Source: an uncultured Clostridia bacterium
Lineage (GTDB): Bacteria; Bacillota; Clostridia; TANB77; CAG-508
Length of the DNA: 64,000 bases
NCBI GenBank assembly: GCA_944389745.1
Contig: CALXNM010000002.1
Location: forward strand, 27,389-91,388
Direction: 5' to 3'
Shown: piece after piece, positions 28,301-37,802 of the stretch
How the letters are laid out: the number at the start of each line of letters is the position of its first letter
Numbering within the stretch: the first letter of the stretch is position 1
The notes under the pieces: model-generated
Told to the model about the DNA's origin: nothing
What the model saw: only the letters and a program-made list of their open reading frames with translations
Databases searched by the model: none
Translations under genes and position numbers: made by a program

Positions 28301-29294
28301 TTTAGATGAAGAACAAGTAAAAAAAGTAGAATTAGATATTGGTGTACAATTCTATAAAGAAATCTATACATATGAAGATTGGCAATCAATAGAAGAAGGA
28401 ACATATCAAAATTATAGATTAATGGCAGATATAGATTTTAATGGAAAATCAAATATAAAAAATAATATAACAGTAAATAGATTAGAATCAGAAAATAAAG
28501 TGTATACACTAAAAAATATAACATTAGAATTTAATACCGGAAATACTGGATTAATAAATAATATAAAAACTAATATAAAAAATATAGGCTTTGAAAATAT
28601 AATATTAACAAATACCGCAAGTTCAGGTGATTACTTTGGAATAATAGCAAGTGATAACGGAAATATAAAAAATTTACAATTTAGTGAAATTAAAATTGAT
28701 GGCTCTTCATTAAGCTATGTAGGAATTATTGGGGGGAAAACATCGGGCAATATTGAAAATATAGAGATGGATGATGTGAATGTAAATGGAGGCAGCTACA
28801 CAGGAGGACTTATTGGTTACATGGATATTGGTGTTGAATCCAATGTTAGTAATATAAGTGGAAGTAATATTACGGTAGAATCTTCAGGGTCTTATGTAGG
28901 TGGAATCGCAGGTTATTTAAAAGGTCGATTTATAGACGCAACTAATATAACAATTAATGAATCTTACATAAAAGGTAACAATTATACAGGAGGTATTATA
29001 GGAATAACTTCAGGAGTAGAAGTAAATTATTTTTCAACCACTAATACAGAAGTTTCAGGAGGTTCGAATGTAGGTGGCATAACTGGTTCGTTTTCTTATT
29101 ATGCATGGAGTGATTATCAACGTAATTATTTAGATGTGAAAGAAAGCAATATTACTGGATGGGGTTCCTGCGTTGGTGGTATATCTGGAATATATAGATG
29201 GGGACCAGGCTATTTTTGGAATGTCGAGAGTTCGGTTGTAAATGCCCCTCCTACGTATGCAAAGTGGGTAGGACGGATTATTTGGAAGTGGTGA
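22314..29294 (+). CDS. Giant GLUG-repeat cell-surface protein, paralog 3, segment 1. It ends at a +1-nt insertion near 29274.
   Basis: 2,326-aa ORF, collinear with paralog 2. It terminates at NAPPTYAKWVGRIIWKW*, while the homologous sequence continues in the next frame. Confidence 0.85.
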   Translation: MKKRQARGAKVKENRKPNKGLNQNKTKRINTKNLPTFILIGLIIMLIIIAIIYYVFLRYAPEMIITYSGYAIEGKTIVENLKNSDMSNVTPYLGLIEVHENDLLYKRLNSYYIGEDDKKEIDINYPIYINEGNALLNIGKNTKLITVNYEEVEGYPDFMMTDGVMYNGADITRADGNKYIFLKSEDEIYTNVGKIIINTASNKYEIKEFSNIYFTENYITYYEMEDNSSDVTKDELKSNMQNWYMQYKRINDIDMDSKIEVNGETISYKTFLVRLGIIQAEENNKNNIENVVEENTVKEEDNTTHEENNSNKNKVETNKPDEQKWQEGQWEKPTVSCTDFEGEVYTIRTNLSVTDRAGVISRGVIFEIYLDGRLNRRVQATQTGLLEITGLQPSSEYEIRGIFYYNDEDGKDQEEVFYNGTVKTKPISALGTIDFSFQNGKIYSNKIELIHLKLNNDLNEEVIRGISRLQVEIGDAAYRLTNDQIDELKAGKEITFQTSENLTSNSKIKYKITAFDRFGNEPKEKNNTGETITSKQEPSASIRVTKQDVTEVDLEVTLTNKDNVSLENYRYEITNQSGDVVKQGTLNKNSDKETLVFNDLDPNGYYQITIYGDYDIENGDGKQENAEIGKASFVTRPLASLGYMQVKIDDKEVKQDSMNLGISIDTNQTDSRLVAILNKVEIVIYDQGKNIEYEEEEPEETEVKRITFTDEEVEQLKVAEEVELNLEQLNSNTKYRIDVITTIKQGSVEAVVEDKQNLEQLITLKMPAEVQVRNQFVIGDMIDLDMRIEDQDGAVLVDKVRIEVRDKDNKLVDLSEMPTNADYERKTYENLTTNETYRIIVYAPQYNEGSTDATYEADYILKEIEIVTETGISGRLDLIGLEKTPTGKNLIDVTSKVNWYEKCFGTGYKYGLKYDENTKILTLGGSTSYNNINYYDLSKYLGQEITISFKARKQGNTNLLIVEKSSNDFNNTSYTTYYTISNLSDNWQEYSYTVNLNKTGYIGFFVSIANASVEIQDLQVELGNRKTDYEEFKYNYNANVAITVNDARDEIQTNDYYIRIYKNDEQIQELRYEELSEDNKVENVQKTYNIEPDANYKIELLVKISDRYYELDSQEFSTEASRELKGIFNKNDFLKIQPYGEYIVLGEIDLTGASGEQYSFGSTEMKFEGILDFNGRHLIRDNSNTPSEVFQYIERNGLIENLVFDVRMNGNVGRGGIEFCTTNRGTIRNVQINLIESAEVEYNELTLFVTLNYGTIENFIVNLKQPFYINTIGALVVSDNYGVLKNGYLYGENIRILNDSSTMGSSVGGVAIYNRRNGIIENVYTLVKINNSGNVSQYFGNIALVNEDNATVQNVYSVGIGENFALTHGPNICNKTSKKVYNNYYFTDEIFTSELETKGNKLSLWDAQFQNQLINGDGAFLVDDLVNEGYYPHLDMPDVMPAQDYVELPEVDDEDLPDILSTKVLNQGTDTVKVQFSVNNPSAEQISDIKIENIDVEILSQEYNNGKSTVIAELKNPVIFVSNYDLISLSTKGAFNNSYTRQYKEGERVINVDLYKEIWSVNDWKKVSDSPTENYMLMTDLDFVNEGNSIGINTINGIINGNGHTISNVNLSNDISLIGNLNGTLNNLFINNFNQEAKTYGGLIATAGSGSRIDNVHVTNVNITKKDSGYSGGIVRYASSCIIRNSSVNCVKIRVEGNHSLLYLGGVSGYNESVTLENCYATGIDFIDTKAVNSGIGGIAGYVGASAIVSINNCYAEGSILSDNLNVGGVVGSIGISNVENCYSKVNISTTNNSVGGIVGTFTATDVGMITNNLSVGNIYTTSGLENLNRIIGSNSDTASGNYAYKEQLLNGYVREEEKGATLLNREEVLNLDLGSSYNYDGAKSGILPKLYNTEGTELLPNQKDILIDSNTEESVDLEVENIEVSKPNTTEAEITLRISNPKEIEVTGIEIEDMTIAEITRNVTQSGITSITVKATPNRYYDSYKLTGIKYRTGTLDEEQVKKVELDIGVQFYKEIYTYEDWQSIEEGTYQNYRLMADIDFNGKSNIKNNITVNRLESENKVYTLKNITLEFNTGNTGLINNIKTNIKNIGFENIILTNTASSGDYFGIIASDNGNIKNLQFSEIKIDGSSLSYVGIIGGKTSGNIENIEMDDVNVNGGSYTGGLIGYMDIGVESNVSNISGSNITVESSGSYVGGIAGYLKGRFIDATNITINESYIKGNNYTGGIIGITSGVEVNYFSTTNTEVSGGSNVGGITGSFSYYAWSDYQRNYLDVKESNITGWGSCVGGISGIYRWGPGYFWNVESSVVNAPPTYAKWVGRIIWKW

Positions 29295-31494
29295 TTGGGC
29301 TTCTTTACATAATTTTAATGTGATAAGTTCTGAAATTAATAGTGGAGGAACAAATGTTGGAGGTGTTTGTGGAGGAAACTCGAGCAATAGTACAAGTTGT
29401 GACCTTTTGACAGGTTACATAAGTGATACAAAAATAAATGGAGCAAGTAATGTAGGAGGTGCGATAGGATATACTAGTTATGCAGGCGTTAATCATGTAT
29501 ACATCAACGCAAACATAAAAGCGAATAGTAACAATGTAGGAGGAGTAGTTGGATACATGGATAATTCTAATATGACAGAATCTAGATATGGAATATATAT
29601 TAAACAAACGATGTTATATGACACAAAAATAGATGCATTAACTAATGTGGGTGGTCTAATTGGAGATATGGCAAAAGAAATATTTAGAGATAAATCATTT
29701 TACGACAATAATTACATAGATGCAGATGTAACAAGTGACAATACTTCTACAGGTTCATTAATAATAGGTAGTAGACCAGAGGAAAATGATTATATAACTA
29801 ATACTTATGTGTATAAATATAGTACTTTAAATGGAGATTATGTATATACAACAAATGATAATGTGGAGGATGACCAGTATTTAGTAAGAGTTGATTTAGA
29901 GAATCAAAGCACATATTCTAGTAAAATTGGTTTAGGAACAAACACATGGAGTTATACACCTTTAGAGGAAGGAAAATATCCAAAACTAAAGGATGGAAGA
30001 ACTTATCATCCAGAGATACAAATAGGTGTTAACTTACCAACAGATCCAGACATTACGATAATAAATTCATTAAGTAGCGAGGATGAAAATGATAATTTTA
30101 ATAATAGCACATTAACCGAAAACGGAATAGCAACTCAAGATTTAGAAATATTACCAACTATAACATTTTACCCAGTATCAGTAGAAGAAATAAACATAGA
30201 CTTTAGCTCGGTTCCAGAAGGAGCAAGCTTCACATACTACGTAAATGGAGAAGAAAAAGAGAAAATTGAATTAACTAAGAAAACATATACTTTTAGATAT
30301 AATTATAAAGATACGATTGAGATAAAATTATCAAATGGACAAGATGAAGAAACAATTACAATTAATCCAGATGATGTAAAAAGTGAGGTAAGCTTAGTAG
30401 GAGCAAACAATGCATACTTGCTTGGCACAAACTTATACATTAATGGAGAATTGCAATCAGGAGAGTATATAAATGTGTATGACGGATATGCATTGAATAG
30501 TAGTGGACAAGTTGTGGATATTGCAAGTCAAGAAACATCAGGAGAAGCGGTTACAACCACATTAGAAGAAACGGCAAAACCACTTCAAACGTACAGTTAC
30601 AAAAATAGCAATATAGAAGTTTATGGAACATATAGCACAGTAGATGGCAATGTAAAATCACAAATCTACAATGTAAGAAATGGACAGCTATCAGCAATAT
30701 CAAACAATGTAGATATGAAAATAGGAAACAGTATAATAGATAATTACAATAATAAAGAATATCAAACAATATTAACTACAGATGGAAATTTAGTTGATTT
30801 AAAGGAACAACTACAATATCCAAACAATTTCTTAAGTAGCAACATTAATCAAATAGTACAAAATACAGATGCAGAAAGTCCAGAAGTGATGGTGCTATAC
30901 AATACTGGAAAAGTAATTGTGTTCAACTATGTAACTGGTCAAGTTACATATGAAAATGACGAAAAAGCAGATTCAGGCTTGGTGAGTTACTTAACAAGAA
31001 GTTTTTCAAGCATATGGAGTGACTATGAAGATAGGGGGCAAGAATATGTTAAGAGCAAAGAGCTAGAAGCAAAACTTGCAAAATTACCAGTAGAAGAAGC
31101 AATGCAAGAGGTAGTAAACAACAATAAAGATAATGAAAGTGGTAATACAGCAGGAGGTGTAAATGCTAGCAGTAACAATACAAGTTCAAACAGCAACACA
31201 ACAGCAGACAATAATTACATTACAGTATACAACGGAGATACAGGAGAATATGAAGTATACAGTGAAGACGAAATACTAAATGGAGAAGATGAAAATCCAG
31301 TATCAGAAACAGAAAAAATAAAAGAAAATGGACTAGAAGGAGTATATGGATATGACGCAAAAGAAGAAACAAAACCACAAGCAAACGGAGCAATAATAGT
31401 TGTTTCAATAATTGCAGTTGCAATAATAGCATTAGTTATTTTAAGAAAAATAATTGTGAAAAATAACAGGAAAGAAAAAAGGTTAAAAAAATAA
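29275..31494 (+). CDS. Giant GLUG-repeat cell-surface protein, paralog 3, segment 2. It carries the C-terminal third and the TM anchor. The ORF track starts it at GTG 29320.
   Basis: Translation from about 29275 (..GLFGSGDWASLHNFNVISSEINSGGTNVGGVCGG..) aligns with paralog 4 (IGGITGQTYW..SIGGVCGE). The C-terminus is ANGAIIVVSIIAVAIIALVILRKIIVKNNRKEKRLKK. Confidence 0.8.
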   Translation, partial: GLFGSGDWASLHNFNVISSEINSGGTNVGGVCGGNSSNSTSCDLLTGYISDTKINGASNVGGAIGYTSYAGVNHVYINANIKANSNNVGGVVGYMDNSNMTESRYGIYIKQTMLYDTKIDALTNVGGLIGDMAKEIFRDKSFYDNNYIDADVTSDNTSTGSLIIGSRPEENDYITNTYVYKYSTLNGDYVYTTNDNVEDDQYLVRVDLENQSTYSSKIGLGTNTWSYTPLEEGKYPKLKDGRTYHPEIQIGVNLPTDPDITIINSLSSEDENDNFNNSTLTENGIATQDLEILPTITFYPVSVEEINIDFSSVPEGASFTYYVNGEEKEKIELTKKTYTFRYNYKDTIEIKLSNGQDEETITINPDDVKSEVSLVGANNAYLLGTNLYINGELQSGEYINVYDGYALNSSGQVVDIASQETSGEAVTTTLEETAKPLQTYSYKNSNIEVYGTYSTVDGNVKSQIYNVRNGQLSAISNNVDMKIGNSIIDNYNNKEYQTILTTDGNLVDLKEQLQYPNNFLSSNINQIVQNTDAESPEVMVLYNTGKVIVFNYVTGQVTYENDEKADSGLVSYLTRSFSSIWSDYEDRGQEYVKSKELEAKLAKLPVEEAMQEVVNNNKDNESGNTAGGVNASSNNTSSNSNTTADNNYITVYNGDTGEYEVYSEDEILNGEDENPVSETEKIKENGLEGVYGYDAKEETKPQANGAIIVVSIIAVAIIALVILRKIIVKNNRKEKRLKK

Positions 31495-31506
31495 TAGACT
31501 AAAAAA

Positions 31507-31550
31507 GCACACCTTAAATGTTAGATAAAAACATTTAAGGTGTGCTTTTA
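31507..31550. terminator. Perfect-stem hairpin terminator, probably bidirectional, between convergent paralog 3 and the TA operon
   Basis: gcacaccttaaatgtt / aacatttaaggtgtgc with T-run and A-run flanks. Confidence 0.75.
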
Positions 31551-31572
31551 CAAATATTTACACAAGAATATA

Positions 31573-31803
31573 TTAAGCAACTTTATCAGTATAATTAATT
31601 ACTGTAATTTCTGTTATAGCATTTCTTACGGAATTTACTAATTTTTCTAATTGCTTAGCAACCTCATCACTATAAGAAACTTCGCCACATTGTTTGCACA
31701 CTTGAGATGGTACATTTTTAACAATAATAATACAATTATCTAATTCAACCATAAATGTTGTATTTTTATTTTCTAATTCTCCCTTACACATAAAACAATT
31801 CAT
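31573..31803 (-). CDS. YgiT-type zinc-finger protein (MqsA-like N-terminal domain), putative antitoxin
   Basis: MNCFMCKGEL...VCKQCGEVSYSDEVAKQLEKL has two CxxC pairs. It lies 2 nt downstream of the DUF4258 gene on the same strand. Confidence 0.75.
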   Translation of the reverse strand: MNCFMCKGELENKNTTFMVELDNCIIIVKNVPSQVCKQCGEVSYSDEVAKQLEKLVNSVRNAITEITVINYTDKVA

Positions 31804-31805
31804 AA

Positions 31806-32135
31806 TTATTTTTTCTCCTTTCTAGTTTTTAAATCGTCTTCCCATTCTATATTATTTGGATAATATGCTGTAATAATCCATAATTCTTCACCATTTGATC
31901 CACATACTACATGAATTACTTCGTTATTTAGATTTATTCCATATACTAAGCAACTTGAATATGGATAATCATTTTCATATTCTTCTATTATTTCTCCTTT
32001 AATAAGAGCATTTTCAACATCACGTTGAGTTATATTTCTTTGCAATAATCTAATCATTATATGATTAGTCCACCTAATTTTTCTAATTTTAATTAAACGT
32101 CTTATAGTTGTAATATCTAGTTTTTCCATAAGCAC
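31806..32135 (-). CDS. DUF4258 domain protein, putative toxin partner of the YgiT-type zinc-finger protein
   Basis: ...ALIKGEIIEEYENDYPYSSCLVYGINLNNEVIHVVCGSNGEELWIITAYYPNNIEWEDDLKTRK matches the DUF4258 signature. Confidence 0.75.
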   Translation of the reverse strand: MLMEKLDITTIRRLIKIRKIRWTNHIMIRLLQRNITQRDVENALIKGEIIEEYENDYPYSSCLVYGINLNNEVIHVVCGSNGEELWIITAYYPNNIEWEDDLKTRKEKK

Positions 32136-32370
32136 CTCTTTCTATTCTTAATATATATTATCACATTTATCATAAAATTTCCATATATAGCGAATATTTC
32201 TAAAAAAAATATATAAAAGATTATAAAATAATGACACAATAAAAAAGTATGGCATAAAAAGTCTAAAGTTTTTAATTAGTTTAATATTCGTTATTTTTTA
32301 TACAGGAATAAATTACTAATAAAAAAATATACAAAAAAATAAAAAATAATGGTACAATTAAAAATAGTTA

Positions 32371-32379
32371 TGATATAAT
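32371..32379 (+). promoter_or_regulatory. Extended -10 promoter (TGaTATAAT) for paralog 4
   Basis: Same motif and context as 9882-9890 and 43815-43823. Confidence 0.5.
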
Positions 32380-32540
32380 AATTTTCAATTGGAGATAGAC
32401 TTGTTAGGCTAATGCAAGATATAAAAGTCCAATTTGATTTGAAATAATTATTTAAAAATTAAGTAGAATGCATAGAAAATAAGGAAAAGAAGAAAGGAAA
32501 ACTAGAAAGAAATGATAAGGCTTGAAAACTGCATGGCTCT

Positions 32541-32562
32541 AGAGAGAGAGAGAGAGAGAGAG
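32541..32562 (+). repeat. (AG)11 microsatellite in the paralog 4 leader
   Basis: Perfect AG x11. Confidence 0.95.
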
Positions 32563-32648
32563 GTACACTATTAAATAACAAATTCTTCGCAAGAAGAATC
32601 TTATTAAGCATGCCTCAAATTTCTAAAAATATAGATAAAGTAACTACA

Positions 32649-32715
32649 GGGATAGACTGTATTATTGTAAATGTTTCTAAAAGGAACATTTATGGTGATA
32701 TGGCCTATCCTTTTT
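32649..32715 (+). terminator. Leader terminator-like hairpin plus U-tract (paralog 4 copy)
   Basis: gggatagac...gcctatcc with inner stem aaatgtt/aacattt, then TTTTT. Confidence 0.5.
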
Positions 32716-32770
32716 GCGTGTGAAAACTAATAAACAAAAATTAATCAAAAGCAGAAAGGAAAGATGAGAA

Positions 32771-33832
32771 GTGAAAAAGAGACAAGTTAGAAATGCTGAG
32801 GCAAGGGAAAATAGAAAAATAAATAACCAAAATAGACAAAAGAATAACGGGTTAAATAATAATAAAACGAAAAGAATAAATACCAAGAACTTACCAACCT
32901 TTATATTAATAGGATTAATCTTAATGATTATTATAATAGCAATAATATATTATGTATTTTTAAGATATGCACCAGAACAAATAATTACATATAGTGGCTA
33001 CGCAGTAGAAGGTAAAACTATGGTAGAAAATTTGAAGAATAGCGATATATCTAATATAGCCCCATACTTGGGGCTAATTGAAGTGCAAGAAAATGATTTG
33101 CTATATAAAAGGTTAAATTCATATTACATTGGAGAAGATGATAAAAAAGAAATTGATATAAACTATCCAATATACATAAACGAAGGCAATGCATTATTAA
33201 ATATAGGAAAAAACACAAAATTAATAACAGTAAATTATGAAGAGGTAGAAGGATACCCAGACTTCATGATGACAGATGGAGTAATGTATAATGGAGCAGA
33301 TATAACAAGAGCAGATGGAAACAAATACATATTCTTAAAAAGCGAAGACCAAATTTTCACAAACGTAGGCAAGATAAAAATAACAACTTCATCAAACCAA
33401 TATGAAATAAAAGAATTCAGTAACATATATTTTACAGAAGACTATATTACATATTATGAGATGCCAGGCGACTCTGATGTGCAGAATTGGTACATGCAAT
33501 ATAAGAGAATTGCAGACATAGACAATAACTCAAAAATAGAAGTAAATGGAGAAACTATTTCATACAAAACATTCCTAGAAAAATTAGGATTAATTCAAAT
33601 AGAAGATAACAATAATACAAATAATGAAGAACAAACAAATAAAGTAGCAGAAAATACAGTAAAAAATGAAATAGAGCAAGAGCAAACAAATGATGAAAAT
33701 AGCACAAACACAGTAGATAGTAATAAAGACGACAACAAAGAAAATGAATGGCAAGAAGGCATGTGGGAAAAGCCAACAGTAAGTTGTAGGAGACGTTTAT
33801 ACAATAAGAACGAACTTATCTGTAACAGATAG
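32771..33832 (+). pseudogene. Giant surface protein, paralog 4, segment A. It is disrupted by a 14-nt deletion relative to paralogs at about 33786.
   Basis: Ends ..KPTVSCRRRLYNKNELICNR*. The paralogs read KPTVSCTDFEGEVYTIRTNLS at this point. Confidence 0.75.
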
Positions 33833-36800
33833 AGCAGGAGTAATCACAAGAGGAATTACTTTTGAAATATATTTAGGCGGAAGATTAAACAGGAGAGTAC
33901 AGGTAGCACAAACGGGACTACTTGAAATAACTAATCTACAACCAAGTTCAGAATATGAAATAAGAGGAATATTCTATTACAATGATGAAAATGGAGTAGA
34001 ACAAGAAGAGGAATTCTATAATGGAAGCGTAAGAACAAAGTCAATAGACACATTAGGAACAATAGACTTTAGTTTTCAAAACGGAACAATATACTCAAAC
34101 AAAATAGAATTAATACATCTAAAACTAAATAACGACTTAAACGAAGAAGTAATAAAAGGAATTTCAAGACTACAAGTAGAGATAGGAGACGTAGCATATA
34201 GATTAACAAATGACCAAATAGATGAATTAAAAGCTGGAAAAGAAATAACATATCAAACAAGTGAAAACTTAATATCAAATAGCAAAATAAAATACGAAAT
34301 AACAGCATTTGATAAATTTGGAAATGAGCTAAAGGAAAGAAACAATACAGGAGAAACCATTACATCAAAACAATCTCCAACGGTAAGCGTAAGAGTAACA
34401 AAACAAGATGTAACAGAAGTGGATTTAGAAGTAAGCTTAACCAATAAAGACAATGTTAGTTTGGAAAACTATAGATATGAAATTACAAACCAAAGTGGAG
34501 ATATAGTAAAACAAGGAACACTAAACAAAGACAAAGAGACTCTTGTATTTATAGACTTAGATCCAAATGGATATTATCAAATAGTAATCTATGGAGACTA
34601 TGACCTAGAAAATGGAGACGGGAAACAACAAAATGCAGAACTAGGAAGAGGAAGTTTTGTAACAAGACCGTTAGCATCTTTAGGATATATGCAAATAAAA
34701 ATAAATGACAAAGAAGTAACACAAAACAGCATGAACTTAGGAATAAGCATAGATACAAACCAAACAGATGCAAGATTAGTAGCAATATTAAATAAAGTGG
34801 AAGTTGTTATATACGATCAAGGCAAAAATGTAGAAAGTGCACAAGATGGACAACAAGAAGGGCAACAAAATGAAGAAATTGAAATAAAAAGAATAACGCT
34901 AATATCTGAAGATGTAGAAAAACTAAAAATAGCAGAAGAAATAGAAATAAATCTAGAACAATTAAACTCAAATACAAAATACAGAATAGATGTTATAACA
35001 ACAGTAAAGCAAGGTTCAGTAGAAGAAGTAGTAGAAGACAAACAAAACTTAGACCAAGTAATAACATTAAAAATGCCGGCAGAAGTACAAATACGAAATC
35101 AATTTGTAATAGGAGACATGATAGACTTAGATATTAGGGTAGAAGACCAAGATGGAGCAGTACTTGTAGATAAAGTTAGAATAGAAGTAAGAGATAAAGA
35201 CAATAAATTAGTAAATTTAAGCGAAATACAAACAAACCAAGATTATGAGAGAAAGGTATATGAAAATCTAGAACCAAATGAAACATATAGAATTATAATT
35301 TATGCACCACAGTACAATGAAGGTAGCACAGATGCAACATATAAAGCAGATTACATATTAAAAGAGATAAAAATAGTTACAGAAGCAGGAATTAGTGGTA
35401 AGTTAGATTTGATATCTTTAGAAAAAACTGCGAAAGGCAAAAACTTAATAGATGTATCATCAAAAATAAATTGGTTTGAAAAATGTTTTAATAACACTGA
35501 CCAAGTCTATGGACTAAGTTATAATGAGAGCACAAAAATACTAACATTAGGTGGAACAGGCAGATACATGAAAAGAACCTATTATAATTTGAATAAATAC
35601 CTTGGTAAAGAAGTAACAATAAGCTTTAAAGCAAGAAGTGATGATAATACAGAAATGCATTTAGCAGAAAAGAATGATGACAATGCAGAAAATGTAGAAT
35701 ATAATTACTTTAAAGTTATACAGGATCTTTCTAGTGATTGGAAAGAATATGAGTTTACAACTACTTTAAATAAAAGTGGATATATTGGGTTTATTGTGGC
35801 TGATGATAGAGCAAAAGTAGAGGTACAAGATTTACAGATAGAACTAGGAAGTAAAAAGTCTGCCTATGAAGAATTTCAATATGAATATAATGCAAATGTA
35901 GCAATAACAGTAAATGATTCAAGAAACGAAATCACAACAAATGATTACTATATTAGAATTTACAAAAACGATGAACAGATACAAGAGCTAAGATATGAAG
36001 AATTAGGAGAGACAAATAAAGTTAAAAATGTACAAAAAACATATAATGTAGATTCTGATGCAACATATAGATTTGAATTATTAGTAAAAATATCTGATAG
36101 ATATTATGAACTAGATTCACAAGAATTTTCAACAGAAGGCTCAAAAGAGATTAGAGGAATATCAGGTTTAGAAGATTTCCTAAAGATACAGCCTTACGGA
36201 GAATACATAGTATTAAATGATATTGATTTATCTGGAGGATATGAAACTGAGTTCACATTCGGATGTGGCAACTTACCATTTAATGGAAGGATTGATTTTA
36301 ATGGAAATACAATAATAAAAGATTTTGTGCAATATCAAGGCACTGTCTTTGAGAAAGTTGGGAATAGTGGAGTACTTGAAAATATCGCTTTTGATATGAA
36401 AATTAATAATAATGTAGAAAGAGCTATTAGGGGACTAACATATAGTAATTATGGAACTATAAGAAATATACAAGTTAATGTAACAGAATCTACCAAACAG
36501 TTAAATTCAGTAATAATCTTAATAACAAGGACTAATTATGGAACAATAGAAAACTTTATCATAAATTTAGAAGTTCCGTTGTATTCAAGTATGCAGGTAT
36601 ATCTTGTAGCGTATAACAATTATGGTACAGTAAGAAATGGATATGCATATGGAGAAAATATAAAAGTGTTAAATCAGACAAGTAGTTTTGATGATAGCAC
36701 AATAGTATGTTTTAACAGAGAAAATGCGGTTATAGAAAATGTATATTCTTTAGTAAATATAGATGCATTAGAGGTTAATAAAGCTAGACAGACTAATATT

Positions 36801-37802
36801 TGTACTATAAACTATGACAATTCTACAATACAAAATGTGTATTCAGTTGGAATTGGGGAGAATTATTCGGATTATTCGCGAGGACCTAACATATATAATA
36901 AATTATCGGCAAATGTATATAATAATTATTATTTTACAGATGAAGTGTTTACAAGCAGTTTAGAGATAAAAGGAAATAAATTATCATTATGGGATGCTAC
37001 AGTCCAAAATCAATTGATAAATGGTGATGGAGCATTTATCGTAGATCAATTAGTAAATGAAGGTTATTACCCTTGGATTGATATGCCGGATGTAATGCCA
37101 GCACAAGATTATATAGAATTGCCTGAAGTCGATGATGCAGATTTGCCAGATATATTATCTACCAAAGTATTAGAACAAGGAACAGATACAGTAAAAGTTC
37201 AGTTTAGTGTAAATAATCCATCAGCAGAACAAATAAGTAATATAAAGATAGAAAATCTTGATGTGGAAATACTATCACAAGAATATACTGATGGAAAAAG
37301 TACAGTCATAGCAGAACTAAAAAATCCAGTAATTTGTGTATCAAGTTATGATGTACTAAGTATAAGTACAAAAGGAGCGTTTAATAGTTCATATACAAGA
37401 CCATACGAAAAAGGTGAAAGGGTAATTAATGTAGATTTATATAAAGAAATATGGAATATAAATGATTGGAAAAATATAAGTAACTCAACTACTGAAAATT
37501 ATATGTTAATGGCAGACCTTAATTTTGTAAATGAAGGAAATACAATAAGTCTTTCAAGAGTAGATGGAATTTTAAATGGAAATGGATATACTATCTCGAA
37601 TATAAGATTGACAAACAATGTTCCACTCATAAAATATTTATATGGAACTTTAGAGAATATATATATAAATAATTTTAATCAAGAAACAACAACATTAGGA
37701 GGAACGGTACAACGGAGAGGCTGGTTCAAAAATAGACAATGTTCATATGACAAATGTAAATATAACAAAAACAGGAAGTGGATATGTTGGTGGGATTGCT
37801 GA
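33783..37802 (+). pseudogene. Giant surface protein, paralog 4, segment B. The ORF track shows only 34419-37802 because 33783-34418 has no start codon.
   Basis: Frame 0 runs from the TAA at 33780-33782 and translates as VYTIRTNLSVTDRAGVITRG...SPTVSVRVTKQDVTEVDLEV. This continues directly into the listed ORF and is collinear with the paralogs. It ends at a 2-nt deletion near 37722. Confidence 0.7.
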
